NCBI GenBank assembly: GCA_013265495.1
Contig: MU058423.1
Location: 1,067,061-1,131,060 of the forward strand
Reading direction: 5' to 3'
DNA: 64,000 nt
From: Vicugna vicugna
Taxonomy: Eukaryota
Shown here: in pieces, positions 62,459 to 64,000 of the stretch
Numbering within the stretch: the first letter of the stretch is position 1
How the letters are laid out: every line of letters begins with the position of its first letter
Position numbers and translations under genes: made by a program
The notes under the pieces: model-generated
Databases searched by the model: none
What the model was told of the DNA's origin: nothing
Seen by the model: the letters and a program-made list of their open reading frames with translations, nothing else

Positions 62459-62869
62459 ACGTAGTCTTAAATAATGGTACCCTATTCACTAAATTCCTAA
62501 AACTGGGTACCTGGACATCTTCCTCTCCATCCTCATCATTGGCTGCTCACCAAATCTTGCTCATTTCAGGTCCTAAATGTTTTTCTAATATATGTGTTCT
62601 TCCTTAGCAGTGAACTAGCACTTCCCAGTTGAGGCTTTTCTTATCTTTTGCCTTGTTGCTACCACTACCTAACCAAGCTCCCTGCCTCTCATTTTGTCCT
62701 GCTGAAAGCCTTCTCCTGTCTACAGCTGGAGTGAACGACCTCAAACACAAACTGACCCACATCACGTGTTCTCCCATTCCCTACTCCAGAGTGTATAATG
62801 GGCACTGGAGATTGGGAATGTTGTGTAAGGCCATGAGTAAGTTTCTTGCTTGCCTGTGTTCCTAGGGTT

Positions 62870-64000
62870 TTTTGGTGGTAAAATTTAAATAACATAAAAC
62901 TTACTATTTTAACTATTTAAAGAAGCAGTTCAGTAGCATTGAGTACATTTACACTGTTGTAGGCGGGTGGGAGGGCATAGCTCAACGGTAGAGTGCATGC
63001 TTAGTATGACCTTGGGGTCCTGGGTTCAATCCCCAGTGCTTCCATTAAAAAATAAATTAATTAAATAAATAAAATAAAACCAATTACCCCCCCAAAAAAA
63101 GAAAAAAGAAAAACATTTACACTGTTGTGAAACTGTTATCTCTATCCATCCCCGAATTTTTTTTCATCTTCCCAAACTGAGACTGTTCAACACTAAGTCC
63201 CCATTCCTCCCTCTGCCCACTGCCTTGCAACCACTAATCTACTTTCTTTTTCTATGAATCTGACTCTTGACTACTCTCAGTATTTCACATCAGTGGGCTC
63301 ATACAGCATTTGTCCTTTTGTGACTGCCTTATTTCACTTGGCATAATATCCTCAAGATTCATCCATTTTGTTGCTTGTATCAGAATTTCCTTTTTTAGAG
63401 CTAAATAATATTCCACTCTATGCATCAAATATAACATTTCGTTTAGCCATTTATTTTTTGATGGACATTTGGGTTGCTTCTATCTTCTGGCTGTTGTAAG
63501 TAATGCTGCTATGAACGTGAGTGTACAGATAACTGGTTGAGTCTCTGCTTTCAATTCCTTTGGGGATACACTCAGAAATGAAACTGCTGGATGATGTGGT
63601 AATTTGGTTTCTACTCTTTTGAGGAACTGCCATACTGTTTTTCATATTCCCATCAGCAGTGCACACAGGTTCTAATTTTTCCGTATCCTCACCAATACTT
63701 ACTATTTTCTGATTTTTTCATTTGTGTGCTTATTTTGTTTTGGCCATAGCCATCCTACTGGGCATGAAGTGGGATCTCACTGATTTTGATTTGTAGTTCT
63801 CTAATGATTAGTGATGTTGAGCACCTTTTTATGTGCTTATTGGCCATTTGTATATCTTCTTTGGAGAAACATCTATTTGACTCAGTTTACCCATTTTTAA
63901 ATTCAGTTGTTTGTTTTTCTTTTGTTGATTTGTAAGTCTTTTTAATATATATTTATATGTTAACCTCTTATCAGATATATGATTCACAAAAATTTACCTT
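62870..64000 (-). mobile_element. Old L1 (L1MA/MB-like) 3' portion continuing off the right edge
   Basis: tggtaaaatttaaataacataaaacttactattttaac...aatgctgctatgaacgtg...gatgttgagcacctttttatgtgcttattggccatttg. Confidence 0.9.
62961..63112 (+). mobile_element. Full-length camelid vic-1-type SINE with perfect 16-bp TSD
   Basis: gggagggcatagctcaacggtagagtgcatgcttagtatg...gtcctgggttcaatccccagtgcttcca, then an AT-rich region, caattacccccc and an A tail. TSD acatttacactgttgt at 62945-62960 and 63113-63128. Confidence 0.92.

Noticed and set aside
62965..63045. tRNA-Ala-like sequence as a real tRNA gene
   Set aside because: Stems are mismatched, it is followed by an AT-rich region and A tail and bounded by a TSD, and diverged copies recur in the window. 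It is a SINE.

Overview
Mammalian genomic DNA, very probably a camelid: it carries several tRNA-Ala-derived vic-1-type SINEs and cetartiodactyl-type L1 3' ends. No intact protein-coding exon is visible. At ~1.6-2.4 kb is a CpG-island promoter with a non-coding first exon on the minus strand that I recognise from memory as RAP1A; the gene runs off the left edge. The remaining ~62 kb is the repeat-rich interval upstream of RAP1A towards TMIGD3/ADORA3. It holds three processed pseudogenes (RWDD1, TXN, RPL27A), many L1/L2/MIR/MaLR/MER elements, microsatellites and a 100-N assembly gap. The most notable items are: (1) a disabled copy of the distal first coding exon of human TMIGD3 isoform 3 at ~47.8 kb, with a stop codon and a frameshift but an intact splice donor; (2) an apparently perfect 1,216-bp tandem duplication; (3) a tiny polyadenylated insert, probably an ERV-LTR transcript end retroposed by L1, inside an old L1. 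I see no evidence for a new multi-gene biological system. Gene and repeat names come from my recall of reference sequences, not from a database search, and repeat boundaries are approximate.
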